Both the position numbers and the translations under genes were made by a program. DNA of 64,000 nucleotides from Clostridia bacterium (lineage in GTDB: Bacteria; Bacillota; Clostridia; Oscillospirales; CAG-272): contig JAFXHU010000018.1 in the NCBI GenBank assembly GCA_017533565.1, positions 63,388 through 127,387 of the forward strand, read 5' to 3'. Shown here in pieces: positions 52,969 to 61,809 of the stretch. Positions within the stretch are counted from its first letter, which is position 1. Each line of letters begins with the position of its first letter. The notes beneath the pieces were generated by a model that worked only from the letters and a program-made list of their open reading frames with translations, ran no database searches and was not told the DNA's origin.

Positions 52969-54024
52969 TTAGAGCATTATATCGCAAATCCTTTGGCAAA
53001 GTGTGGCGTAAATTTTATCGTTGCTCGAAAAATCAACGGCGGCGGTGTATATTTTCTCAAGCGCAAAATGCTCGCTTGCCGCCTCTGAAAAGCTCTCACC
53101 TGCAAGCTTCAGCATTGACTTGTAATGAGAATAGAGCAGGGAAAAATGGGGACAGTATTTTTCACACTGATACTCTCCGATGCTTACGCCGTCGGTGCGT
53201 TTTTTGTTGTATGAAACAACCGTATTACCAATAACCACTCGCTCCGCAAGCCTGTCGTCAAGAGCCGAGGGGTAGCGCGTTGATACAATCCGCCTCTCGT
53301 CGCACCGCCTTTTTACCGCATCGAGAATTAAAGCGCACAAAAGCTCCTCGCCCTCTAAATTTACGAGGGTGCGCTCGGCTTGCACGGGGAGCGTGTATTC
53401 GCCGCCTTTTCCGAATGCGGAATATAAAACGTGTGCCGTTTTTGTGTTATTTCCGTTAATATCAAGGCGTGAAGCTATCTCGTCCGCAATTAACTCTGCC
53501 TCGTTATAAAATTCGGAATGTAATAATTTATCCCAAATATAATCAAATATCCCCTTCGCCGCAAAAAGCGTGCGGTATGCCGAGGAGTAGGCGGCGGATT
53601 TTTTTCTTGAACGGCTGACAATCTCGCTTTTTCGCCCCTCGAGATACTTAATATCAAAGCCGTCGCCGAGATTTACTATCTCGTCTATCGCGCCGGGGAA
53701 AACGGGGTCCTTCGTGTGCGGTGCTGTGCCGTCGATTATCGCAACGCTTTTGCCCCCGCGGCTCAAAATCACACCGTCGAGCGAGGATACGTCCGAGGAG
53801 CAAAGCACGGCGCTTGCATCAATTCCCATTTCGTTTGCGAAGGATACCGCACCGCGCAAAAGCGTGCTTTTTCCCGTTCCGGGTCCGCCCTTTAAAATAA
53901 AGAGCTTATCGTATTTTTCGGGTGCAAAAAGCACTCCGAACATACTTTTAAACCCGTCGTGGGAATTTCTCGCGCCGAAAAACGTGTCGCAAACCTTAAA
54001 GCTTTTTAATTCTATCATAGCCAC
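52969..54024 (-). CDS. uncharacterised P-loop ATPase (about 350 aa, single Walker A)
   Basis: ILKGGPGTGKSTLL lies near residue 45. The rest has no motif I can assign. It resembles a conserved Firmicute hypothetical ATPase family that I recall but cannot verify. Confidence 0.6.
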   Translation of the reverse strand: MAMIELKSFKVCDTFFGARNSHDGFKSMFGVLFAPEKYDKLFILKGGPGTGKSTLLRGAVSFANEMGIDASAVLCSSDVSSLDGVILSRGGKSVAIIDGTAPHTKDPVFPGAIDEIVNLGDGFDIKYLEGRKSEIVSRSRKKSAAYSSAYRTLFAAKGIFDYIWDKLLHSEFYNEAELIADEIASRLDINGNNTKTAHVLYSAFGKGGEYTLPVQAERTLVNLEGEELLCALILDAVKRRCDERRIVSTRYPSALDDRLAERVVIGNTVVSYNKKRTDGVSIGEYQCEKYCPHFSLLYSHYKSMLKLAGESFSEAASEHFALEKIYTAAVDFSSNDKIYATLCQRICDIML

Positions 54025-54105
54025 CTCCGTTAAACTATTTCATAGTATTCCGTTTTTTAAAAAGCGTTAAACGCCCGCGAAGGGGAAATATAATGTAAAA
54101 GGAAC

Positions 54106-54134
54106 TTGACATTTTACTAAAAATATTTTATAAT
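54106..54134 (+). promoter_or_regulatory. consensus sigma-A promoter of coaE
   Basis: TTGACA (54106-54111), a 17-nt spacer, then TATAAT (54129-54134). Confidence 0.75.
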
Positions 54135-54157
54135 AAAGCGTGGAGGTGAATTTTGAA

Positions 54158-54757
54158 ATGAAGGTTATCGGACTTTGCGGCGGAAGCGGAAGCGGCAAGG
54201 GCGCGGTCGCACGCATCCTTTCGGGCTTTGGCATCGTTCATATAGATACAGACCTTGTGTATCACGAAATCACCTCGCGGCCGTCGGCTTGCCTTGATGC
54301 CTTGAGGGCGGAGTTTGGCGACGGTATCGCCCCCAACGGCTCACTTGACAGAGCAAGGCTCAGGGATATTGTATTCGCCGAGCCGTTTTCAAGGGAAAGG
54401 CTCGCGCGTCTTAATCAAATTACACACGCATACGTTATTGAGGAAGCCGAGCGCCGCATTAACGAGTGTCGGCTAAATGGCGAGCGGGGCGTTATAATCG
54501 ATGCGCCTCTGCTTTTTGAGTCGGGACTTGATAGTCGGTGCGACAGGGTTATTGCCGTGGTTGCAAGCCGAGAGCTGCGGCTCGCGCGTATAATGCTTCG
54601 CGACGGAATATCGCTTGACACCGCGAAAAAGCGAATAGATGCACAACTTTCGGACGAGGCACTCTCGGCGAAAGCCGATTATACCGTCACCAATAACGGC
54701 ACGCTCGAGGAGCTTTATTCCTCGGTAAAGCGCATTTATCTTGAAATTTTTAATTAA
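54158..54757 (+). CDS. coaE: dephospho-CoA kinase
   Basis: MKVIGLCGGSGSGKG P-loop. I place the start at ATG 54158, 8 nt after GGAGGTGA, not at the track's GTG at 54140. Confidence 0.88.
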   Translation: MKVIGLCGGSGSGKGAVARILSGFGIVHIDTDLVYHEITSRPSACLDALRAEFGDGIAPNGSLDRARLRDIVFAEPFSRERLARLNQITHAYVIEEAERRINECRLNGERGVIIDAPLLFESGLDSRCDRVIAVVASRELRLARIMLRDGISLDTAKKRIDAQLSDEALSAKADYTVTNNGTLEELYSSVKRIYLEIFN

Positions 54758-54790
54758 CGCACAAATAAATCAATTTTAAGGAGAATAAAA

Positions 54791-56185
54791 ATGTCAGAGC
54801 TTACAGCAAAGGAGCTTTTTGATAAGCTTTCCTATAAGAAAAAGAACGTGTTCGAGGCTTCCTCCCCCGAACAAATCAAGAAAATATACGATTATTCCGT
54901 CGGATATATGAAGTATCTTGACGATGCTAAAACCGAGCGCGAGGCGGCGGATACTACGGTTGCTATGCTTGAGGCAAACGGCTATACCGAGTATAAATTC
55001 GGGGACAAGCTTTCGCCCCGCGACAAGAGATATTTCAACCAAAAGGGAAAGAGCATCTTCGCATTCAGAGTAGGAAGCAAGAATATTGAAGAGGATGGAA
55101 TTAAAATCCTTGCCGCGCATATAGACGCACCCCGCCTCGACCTTAAGCAGGTGCCTCTTTACGAGGATTCGAATATGGGATTTTTCAAGACCCATTACTA
55201 CGGCGGCGTTAAAAAGTATCAGTGGACGGCAATTCCGCTTGCGCTTCACGGCGTGATTGTGAAGGCCGACGGCAGCACCGTAAAGGTTGTAATCGGAGAG
55301 GACGATTCCGACCCCGTATTCTATATTAACGACCTTCTTCCTCACCTTGGCGCGCGCCAGTCGCAGGAGCCTCTCGGCACTGCAATCTCGGGCGAAACGC
55401 TTAATATACTCGTCGGAGGACTTCCTTACGCCGACGAGGAGGTTTCCGAAAAGGTAAAAATGACCGTCCTTTCCTTGATTTACGAGAAGTACGGCGTTGT
55501 AGAGGAGGACTTCCTCTCTGCGGAGCTTTCGGTTGTTCCCGCCTTTAAGGCGAGGGATATCGGCTTTGACCGCGCTCTCATCGGTGCATACGGACACGAT
55601 GACCGCGTTTGCTCCTATCCCGCGGTAACCGCGCTTCTTGATACCGAGAGCGAAAGCACCGTCCTCGTCGTGCTTGCCGACAAGGAGGAAATCGGCTCGG
55701 TCGGTCTTACGGGTATGCAGTCCGACGTTCTCGTTGACCTCATTGCAAAGATTTGCGAGCAGCTCGGAGCCGACGATATTATCGTAAGAAGCAATTCGGT
55801 TTGCTTAAGCGCGGACGTTACCGCGGCTTACGACCCGAACTTTGCCGACGTTTACGAAAAGCGTAACAGCGCGCTCGTATCCTGCGGTACGTGTATGAGT
55901 AAATATACGGGTGCGCGCGGAAAAAGCGGCACGAGCGACGCCTCCGCGGAGCTTGTCGGATACGTTCGCCGCGTTTTTGAGGAAAACGGAGTCATTTGGC
56001 AGACTGCGGAGCTTGGAAAGGTTGACGCGGGCGGCGGCGGAACCGTGGCACAGTACATTGCAAAGCATAATATTGAAACCGTGGATATCGGCGTTCCCGT
56101 AATTTCCATGCACGCCCCCTACGAGGTTGTTTCAAAGGCGGACGTTTACTCCACCTACACGGCATTTTGCGCCTTCATAAAATAG
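54791..56185 (+). CDS. M18-family aminopeptidase
   Basis: AAHIDAPRLDLK and a later HDDRVCSY metal-ligand region. The length fits. Confidence 0.8.
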   Translation: MSELTAKELFDKLSYKKKNVFEASSPEQIKKIYDYSVGYMKYLDDAKTEREAADTTVAMLEANGYTEYKFGDKLSPRDKRYFNQKGKSIFAFRVGSKNIEEDGIKILAAHIDAPRLDLKQVPLYEDSNMGFFKTHYYGGVKKYQWTAIPLALHGVIVKADGSTVKVVIGEDDSDPVFYINDLLPHLGARQSQEPLGTAISGETLNILVGGLPYADEEVSEKVKMTVLSLIYEKYGVVEEDFLSAELSVVPAFKARDIGFDRALIGAYGHDDRVCSYPAVTALLDTESESTVLVVLADKEEIGSVGLTGMQSDVLVDLIAKICEQLGADDIIVRSNSVCLSADVTAAYDPNFADVYEKRNSALVSCGTCMSKYTGARGKSGTSDASAELVGYVRRVFEENGVIWQTAELGKVDAGGGGTVAQYIAKHNIETVDIGVPVISMHAPYEVVSKADVYSTYTAFCAFIK

Positions 56186-56232
56186 TAAGCTTTCTCAAAA
56201 ATCATAAAACCGTGAATTTTTGAGGAGGGAAA

Positions 56233-57309
56233 ATGTTTTTTAAAAAGCTTTCTTTAGCGGACGATAGATATAGGGAGATTGAGCAAATGCTCACTCTCCC
56301 CGAAGTCGTTTCGGATACGAAGAAATACAGACAGCTCATAAAGGAATATAACCGCCTTGGCGAAATCGTCGCAAAGTACAGGGAATACCTTGACTGCGAT
56401 AGACAGATGAAGGAAGCCGACGAGCTTATGCGCGATTCAACGCTTGATTCGGAGCTTCGCGATATGGCGGAAATGGAATTTCACGAGCTTCGCGAAAGGC
56501 TTGACGGGCTTCGCGAGGAGCTAAAGCTCCTCCTTATGCCGCGCGACCCGAACGACGATAAAAACGTTATCGTTGAGCTGCGTCAGGGCGCGGGAGGCGA
56601 GGAGGCTGCGCTTTTTGCCGCCGACCTTTACCGTATGTACTCGATGTATGCCGCATCGCGCGGCTTCCGTACGGAGGTTATGTCGCTTAACGAAACCGAG
56701 CTTGGCGGTATAAAGGCAATTACCTTTACGGTAATAGGCGAGGGGGCATACTCCCGCTTTAAGTTTGAAAGCGGAGTTCACCGCGTACAGCGTATCCCCG
56801 TAACCGAGTCTAACGGAAGAATACAGACCTCGACCGTAACCGTCGCCGTCTTGCCCGAGGCTGACGAGGTAGAGGTAAACGTAAATCCCGCGGATATTAA
56901 AATAGAATCCTGCAAATCGAGCGGCGCGGGCGGTCAGCATATTAACAAAACCGAATCCGCCGTAAGGCTTACGCACCTTCCCACGGGAATCGTCATTGAG
57001 TGCGACCAGGAAAGAAGCCAGCTGCAAAACAAGGAAAAGGCGCTCCGCCTTCTTTATGCAAAGCTTTACGATACAAAACGCCGTGAGCAGGAGGAGGCAA
57101 TCGCCTCAACGAGAAAAAGTCAGGTCGGAAGCGGTGACCGAAGCGAGAAAATCCGCACCTATAACTTCCCGCAATCGCGAGTTACCGACCATAGAATAAA
57201 TAAAACCATTTTTTCTCTCGACGCCTTTTTGGACGGGGAGATTGACGGTATTATCGACGAGCTTATCGCCACCGATACCGCCGCGAGGTTAAACGGCGAT
57301 GAGGATTGA
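56233..57309 (+). CDS. prfA: peptide chain release factor 1
   Basis: GGQ motif (SGAGGQHINKTESAVRLTH) and a PxT-type recognition loop (PVTES). Confidence 0.96.
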   Translation: MFFKKLSLADDRYREIEQMLTLPEVVSDTKKYRQLIKEYNRLGEIVAKYREYLDCDRQMKEADELMRDSTLDSELRDMAEMEFHELRERLDGLREELKLLLMPRDPNDDKNVIVELRQGAGGEEAALFAADLYRMYSMYAASRGFRTEVMSLNETELGGIKAITFTVIGEGAYSRFKFESGVHRVQRIPVTESNGRIQTSTVTVAVLPEADEVEVNVNPADIKIESCKSSGAGGQHINKTESAVRLTHLPTGIVIECDQERSQLQNKEKALRLLYAKLYDTKRREQEEAIASTRKSQVGSGDRSEKIRTYNFPQSRVTDHRINKTIFSLDAFLDGEIDGIIDELIATDTAARLNGDED

Positions 57310-58363
57310 TACGAAAATCGTACGTATAGATAGCGGAATGCCGCTTGAGGCACAGCTTTTGGATGCGGCTGAAATTATAAAAAGCGGAGGACTCGTGGCA
57401 TTTCCCACCGAAACGGTTTACGGACTCGGTGCGGATGCAACAAATTCGGATGCGGCAATGAAAATTTACGCCGCAAAGGGACGCCCCTCCGACAATCCGC
57501 TTATAATTCATATATCAACCCCGACGGAGGCGGAGGGATACGCCCACACCTGCGAGGTTTATTACAGGCTTGCGCGTGAGTTTATGCCCGGTCCCCTAAC
57601 CGTTATCCTGCCCGCACGCGAAAGCGTGCCGCGTACAACGCGCGGAGGACTTGATACCGTTGCGGTGCGCTGTCCCGAAAACAAAATTGCATCGACACTT
57701 ATCCGCCTTTCGGGAGTGCCGATTGCCGCACCCTCGGCTAATAGGTCGGGGAGCCCCTCGCCCACCTCCGCACAGCACGTAATCGACGATATGACGGGGC
57801 GGGTCGATATGATAATCGACGGCGGAAGCTGTGATTTCGGTCTTGAGTCAACGATAGTTTCGGTTAATCCCGACGAAAGCGTTACGCTTTTGCGCCCGGG
57901 TAAAATTACCGCCGCGGACATCACCGCCCTCGGAATTGAGGTAATAATTGCCGATGCCGTAAAGGACAGGCTTCGCGACGGAGAAATCGCGCTTTCCCCG
58001 GGAATGAAATACAGGCACTACGCCCCGAGCTGCGAGGTCTTGCTCCTTGACGCCGAAAAAGAAAAGGCGGCGGATTTTATCTTAAATTACGTAAAGGGGC
58101 GGGGAATAGCGAAATACGCCGTTATCGCATACAGCGAGGACGTCGGCTTTTACACAGGACTTCTGACAAATGCGTATATTTATAACTTTGGCGAAAAAGC
58201 GGACGAAATGACACAGGCACATTCGCTTTTTGATATATTACGGCGCGCCGATAAGGAGGACTTTTCGGTTATATTTGCGCCGCTCCCCCCCGCGGAGGGA
58301 ATTGGCTTGGCTCTTTACAACCGAATGATAAGAGCCGCGGCACATAAAATAATCAGATTGTGA
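57299..58363 (+). CDS. tsaC: L-threonylcarbamoyladenylate synthase, long Sua5/YwlC form
   Basis: Motifs VAFPTETVYGLGADA, KGRPSDNPLIIH and SANRSGSPSPT, plus the Sua5 C-terminal domain. Confidence 0.9.
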   Translation: MRIDTKIVRIDSGMPLEAQLLDAAEIIKSGGLVAFPTETVYGLGADATNSDAAMKIYAAKGRPSDNPLIIHISTPTEAEGYAHTCEVYYRLAREFMPGPLTVILPARESVPRTTRGGLDTVAVRCPENKIASTLIRLSGVPIAAPSANRSGSPSPTSAQHVIDDMTGRVDMIIDGGSCDFGLESTIVSVNPDESVTLLRPGKITAADITALGIEVIIADAVKDRLRDGEIALSPGMKYRHYAPSCEVLLLDAEKEKAADFILNYVKGRGIAKYAVIAYSEDVGFYTGLLTNAYIYNFGEKADEMTQAHSLFDILRRADKEDFSVIFAPLPPAEGIGLALYNRMIRAAAHKIIRL

Positions 58364-58373
58364 CGGTAAAGAA

Positions 58374-60602
58374 ATGGCAAAGAAAAAGAAAAACGAACAA
58401 AGGGAAATAAGCACCGCACCCGAGGCGGTAGCAACTCCGCAGCCGATAACCGAAACGCTCGTAAAGAACTATATGCCTTATGCAATGAGCGTTATCGTTT
58501 CGCGCGCAATTCCCGAAATCGACGGCTTTAAGCCTTCGCACCGAAAGCTCCTTTATACGATGTATAAAATGGGCTTGCTCACGGGACCGAGAACGAAAAG
58601 CGCGAATATAGTCGGTCAAACGATGCGCCTTAACCCTCACGGCGACGCGTCGATTTACGAAACGATGGTTCGTCTTACTCGCGGACACGAGGCGCTTCTT
58701 CATCCCTTCATAGACTCGAAGGGCTCATTCGGAAAACAGTATTCCCGCGATATGGCGTATGCCGCATCACGTTATACGGAAGCAAAGCTTGAAACGTTCT
58801 GCCAGGAATTATTCAGCGGTATTGACAAAAATGCAGTTGATTTCGTTCCTAACTACGATAACACGATGCAGGAGCCGAGCCTTCTTCCGACAACCTTCCC
58901 GAACATACTCGTTTCCGCAAACCTCGGTATCGCGGTAGGTATGACCTGCTCGATTTCCTCCTTCAATCTTGCGGAGGTTTGCGACGGAGCTATTGCGCTT
59001 CTTAAAAATCCAAAGGCATCTATCGATAGAATTTTGGACATAATCAAGGCACCCGATTTCCCGGGCGGCGCGCAGATTATTTACGACCGCGAGCAGATGC
59101 ATCGGATTTACGAAACGGGTGTCGGAAGCTTTAAAATGCGTGCGAAATATCAGTACCACAAGAAGGAAAACTGCATTGAGGTGCTTGAAATTCCGTACTC
59201 CGCCTGCATAGAGTCGATAATCAAAAAGGCGGTTGAAATGATAAAGGGCGGAAAGCTTCGCGAGGTTACCGACGTCCGCGACGCAATCGACCTTAACGGC
59301 TTTAAGCTCGTTTTTGAGCTTCGCCGCGACGCAAATCCCGAGGTTGTTATGCAAAAGCTTTATGCCGCAACCGACATTGAGTGTAATTTTGATTGCAATT
59401 TCAATATTCTCGTCGAGGGCACTCCGATGCAGCTTGGCGTGCGTGAAATTCTTCTTGAATGGATTCGCTTCCGCTCGCAGTGCGTTACCCGTGAGTTGAG
59501 GTTTGACCTTGAAAAGAAGGAAAACAAGCTTGAATTGCTTATGGGTCTTGCTGCAATTTTGCTTGATATAGACAAGGCAATTCGCATTATCAGAGGCACG
59601 GAGCTTGAGGAGGACGTTGTCCCCAACCTTGCCGCCGGATTTAACCTTACGGTAAGGCAGGCGGAGTACATCGCGGAGATAAAGCTCCGTAATCTCAACA
59701 GACAGTATATCGTAAACCGTGTACAGGAAATTGAGAACATCCGCAAGGAAATAGCCGAAATAAAGGAAATACTTGCCGACGAGCTTAAGCTGAAGGCGCT
59801 TATCATTTCACAGCTTCAAGCCGTTAAAAAGAAGTACGGAAAGCCAAGAAGAACCGAAATTGTTGCAAAGGACGAGATTGCACAAACCGACAAGAAGGAT
59901 TTGTTCTTCGAAAATTACAACTGCCGACTAGTTCTTACCGCGGGCGGATACTTCAAGAAGCTTTCGGTGCAGGGCGCGCGCTCCTCGGAGGAGCAAAAGC
60001 TCAAGGAGGGCGATTACGTTGCCTACGTTGAGGATACGGATAACAAGGGCGACGTGCTGTTCTTTACCGACAAGGGACAGATTTACCGTGCGCGCGTTGC
60101 CGATTTCGACCTTTGCAAGCCGAGCAGTATGGGCGACTATATTCCGAGCAAGCTTGCAATGGAGGACGACGAGCACGTAATTGGCTGTAAAATGATTTAC
60201 GACCTCATTCCCGAGCATCATATGATTTACGTCTTTGAAAACGGAAAGGGACTTCGCGTTGCAATGAAGGCGTACGACTCGAAGAGCAAGCGAAGAAAGA
60301 TTTCGGGCGCATATTCCACCGAGTCGCGTCCCGTCGGCGCAATCTACGAGGGCAAGGAGCCGAAGCTTATATTCATAAGGAGCGATGCGGGAAGGGCAAT
60401 GCTTATCAAGAGTAACGTTATCCCCGTAAAGGCAACGAGAACCGCCGCGGGAGTTCAGATAATGCAGCTCCCGAAAAAGGGCGTAAAAATCGACCTCGTT
60501 ACCGACAGAATCGACGACGTCGGTACGGATGCCGCAAAGTGCCGCAAAAACGTCATTCCCTCAACGGGAACGTCGATTGCACAGCTTTCGTTTAAGTTTT
60601 AA
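58374..60602 (+). CDS. type IIA topoisomerase subunit A (GyrA/ParC family, about 740-aa ParC-like form)
   Basis: Motifs IPEIDGFKPSHRKLLY, NPHGDASIYETMVRL and the active-site region YAASRYTEAKL. There is no adjacent B-subunit gene. Confidence 0.85.
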   Translation: MAKKKKNEQREISTAPEAVATPQPITETLVKNYMPYAMSVIVSRAIPEIDGFKPSHRKLLYTMYKMGLLTGPRTKSANIVGQTMRLNPHGDASIYETMVRLTRGHEALLHPFIDSKGSFGKQYSRDMAYAASRYTEAKLETFCQELFSGIDKNAVDFVPNYDNTMQEPSLLPTTFPNILVSANLGIAVGMTCSISSFNLAEVCDGAIALLKNPKASIDRILDIIKAPDFPGGAQIIYDREQMHRIYETGVGSFKMRAKYQYHKKENCIEVLEIPYSACIESIIKKAVEMIKGGKLREVTDVRDAIDLNGFKLVFELRRDANPEVVMQKLYAATDIECNFDCNFNILVEGTPMQLGVREILLEWIRFRSQCVTRELRFDLEKKENKLELLMGLAAILLDIDKAIRIIRGTELEEDVVPNLAAGFNLTVRQAEYIAEIKLRNLNRQYIVNRVQEIENIRKEIAEIKEILADELKLKALIISQLQAVKKKYGKPRRTEIVAKDEIAQTDKKDLFFENYNCRLVLTAGGYFKKLSVQGARSSEEQKLKEGDYVAYVEDTDNKGDVLFFTDKGQIYRARVADFDLCKPSSMGDYIPSKLAMEDDEHVIGCKMIYDLIPEHHMIYVFENGKGLRVAMKAYDSKSKRRKISGAYSTESRPVGAIYEGKEPKLIFIRSDAGRAMLIKSNVIPVKATRTAAGVQIMQLPKKGVKIDLVTDRIDDVGTDAAKCRKNVIPSTGTSIAQLSFKF

Positions 60603-60605
60603 TAT

Positions 60606-60690
60606 AAAATCCCATAGCCAAAGCCGAATAATCCAAAGAGTTTTTTGGGTGCATATCGGACGGCTATGGGATTTTCGTATTTTCGGCTCG
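60606..60690 (+). terminator. long compound hairpin / terminator after the topoisomerase gene
   Basis: AAAATCCCATAGCC (60606-60619) pairs with GGCTATGGGATTTT (60662-60675). Inner pairings are CCGA/TCGG and CCAAA/TTTGG. It is followed by CGTATTTTCGG. Confidence 0.6.
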
Positions 60691-60748
60691 TTTATATTTT
60701 TACTCGTTCAGATTCTCGGCTCGTTCAAATTTTTGCCTTCGTTTATTT
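60681..60748. repeat. phased T-rich direct repeats (8-mer every 16-18 nt; 33-34-nt unit x2)
   Basis: CTCGTTTA at 60687, CTCGTTCA at 60703, CTCGTTCA at 60720 and CTTCGTTTA at 60737. TCGGCTCGTT occurs at 60683 and 60716. Confidence 0.6.
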
Positions 60749-60785
60749 TTTGGCTTGAATTGCCTGCCGATATTTTTGGCTAACG

Positions 60786-60818
60786 CAAAAAAGTGGGGTA
60801 CGCAACCAAGCGTACCCC
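60786..60818 (-). terminator. rho-independent terminator of the response regulator gene
   Basis: GGGGTACGC (60795-60803) pairs with GCGTACCCC (60810-60818). On the minus strand the hairpin is followed by TTTTTT (complement of 60787-60792). Confidence 0.8.
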
Positions 60819-60856
60819 ATACGGCAAAGCTGAATTATAAGCTGTCGGTAATTTTA

Positions 60857-61561
60857 TCAGTCGCCGAGCGTCTTGAACTTATATCCAACGCCCCAAACGG
60901 TTTTAAGCTCCCATTTGTCGGACGCACCCTCAAGCTTCTCGCGAAGCCTTTTTACGTGTACGTCAACGGTTCGGGAGTCACCGAGATAATCAAAGCCCCA
61001 AACCTTGTCAAGAAGCTGGTCGCGCGTGAAAACGCGGTTACAGTTAGATGCAAGAAAGTAGAGCAGCTCAAGCTCCTTCGGGGGAATATCGATAACCCTT
61101 CCGCAAAGCTTAAGCTCGTATTTTTTAAGACTGATTTCAAGGTTTTCAAAGCGCACAACCTCGTCGTCATCGGTGGATTTGTGTGAGTTATAGCGGCGAA
61201 GCACCGCCTTTATTCTTGCGGAAAGCTCCTTCATATCAAACGGCTTTACGATGAAATCGTCAGCACCAAGCTCAAGACCGAGGACCTTGTCTATAACGTC
61301 GCCCTTTGCGGTAATCATAATAACGGGCTTTGATGAGATTTCTCTGATTTCACGGCAAACCTGCCAGCCGTCCTTGCGCGGCATCATAATATCAAGCAAA
61401 ACGAGGTCGGGGTCATAGGACTTAAACGCAGAAAGTCCCTCGTAGCCGTCGCCCGCGGTTTTAACCTTGTAGCCTTCGTTTTCAAAATAAAGCTTCAGCA
61501 CCTCGCATATATTCGGGTCGTCATCTACAACGAGTAGCTTTGCATTCGTAATAGCTTCCAT
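60857..61561 (-). CDS. OmpR/PhoB-family response regulator (no adjacent histidine kinase)
   Basis: Receiver domain (LVVDDD, DLVLLDIMMP, ITAKG) plus a winged-helix output domain (RTVDVHVKRLREKL...GVGYKF). Confidence 0.92.
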   Translation of the reverse strand: MEAITNAKLLVVDDDPNICEVLKLYFENEGYKVKTAGDGYEGLSAFKSYDPDLVLLDIMMPRKDGWQVCREIREISSKPVIMITAKGDVIDKVLGLELGADDFIVKPFDMKELSARIKAVLRRYNSHKSTDDDEVVRFENLEISLKKYELKLCGRVIDIPPKELELLYFLASNCNRVFTRDQLLDKVWGFDYLGDSRTVDVHVKRLREKLEGASDKWELKTVWGVGYKFKTLGD

Positions 61562-61604
61562 ATCTACCTCCGTATTCCAAAAGTGTTATTTTTTCGTCAA
61601 ATTT

Positions 61605-61633
61605 ATTATAACTCATTTTTGTGCCGCAGTCAA
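61605..61633 (-). promoter_or_regulatory. sigma-A promoter of the response regulator gene
   Basis: On the minus strand: TTGACT (61628-61633), a 17-nt spacer, then TATAAT (61605-61610). Confidence 0.65.
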
Positions 61634-61735
61634 GGGATTTTATGAACAAAATTATAATCGTTTTAAAAAAATTCACAATTAAAGCCGAAAATTTTCCCAT
61701 AAAGCTTGTTTATCGCAATATTTTGCCAACTTGTA

Positions 61736-61764
61736 TTGAAATTTCAAATATTGTATGATATAAT
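61736..61764 (+). promoter_or_regulatory. sigma-A promoter of ychF
   Basis: TTGAAA (61736-61741), a 17-nt spacer, then TATAAT (61759-61764). Confidence 0.65.
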
Positions 61765-61809
61765 AGTACGGATTGAAATAAGCAGAAAGCTGACCTTAAG
61801 GAGATAAAT

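Noticed and set aside
60529-60783. An 84-aa + strand ORF with a repetitive hydrophobic tail (FGSFIFLLVQILGSFKFLPSFIFWL). A 30-codon ATG ORF at 60666 is similar.
   Set aside because: The first starts inside the topoisomerase gene, and neither has an RBS. The periodic peptide is simply the translation of the T-rich DNA repeats.
61642-61758. A 38-codon ORF (MNKIIIVLKKFTIKAENF...) with an AAGGGA 4 nt upstream, in the response regulator/ychF divergent region.
   Set aside because: The region is AT-rich. The ORF overlaps both promoters, and its composition looks like the intergenic background. I keep it only as a low-probability candidate.
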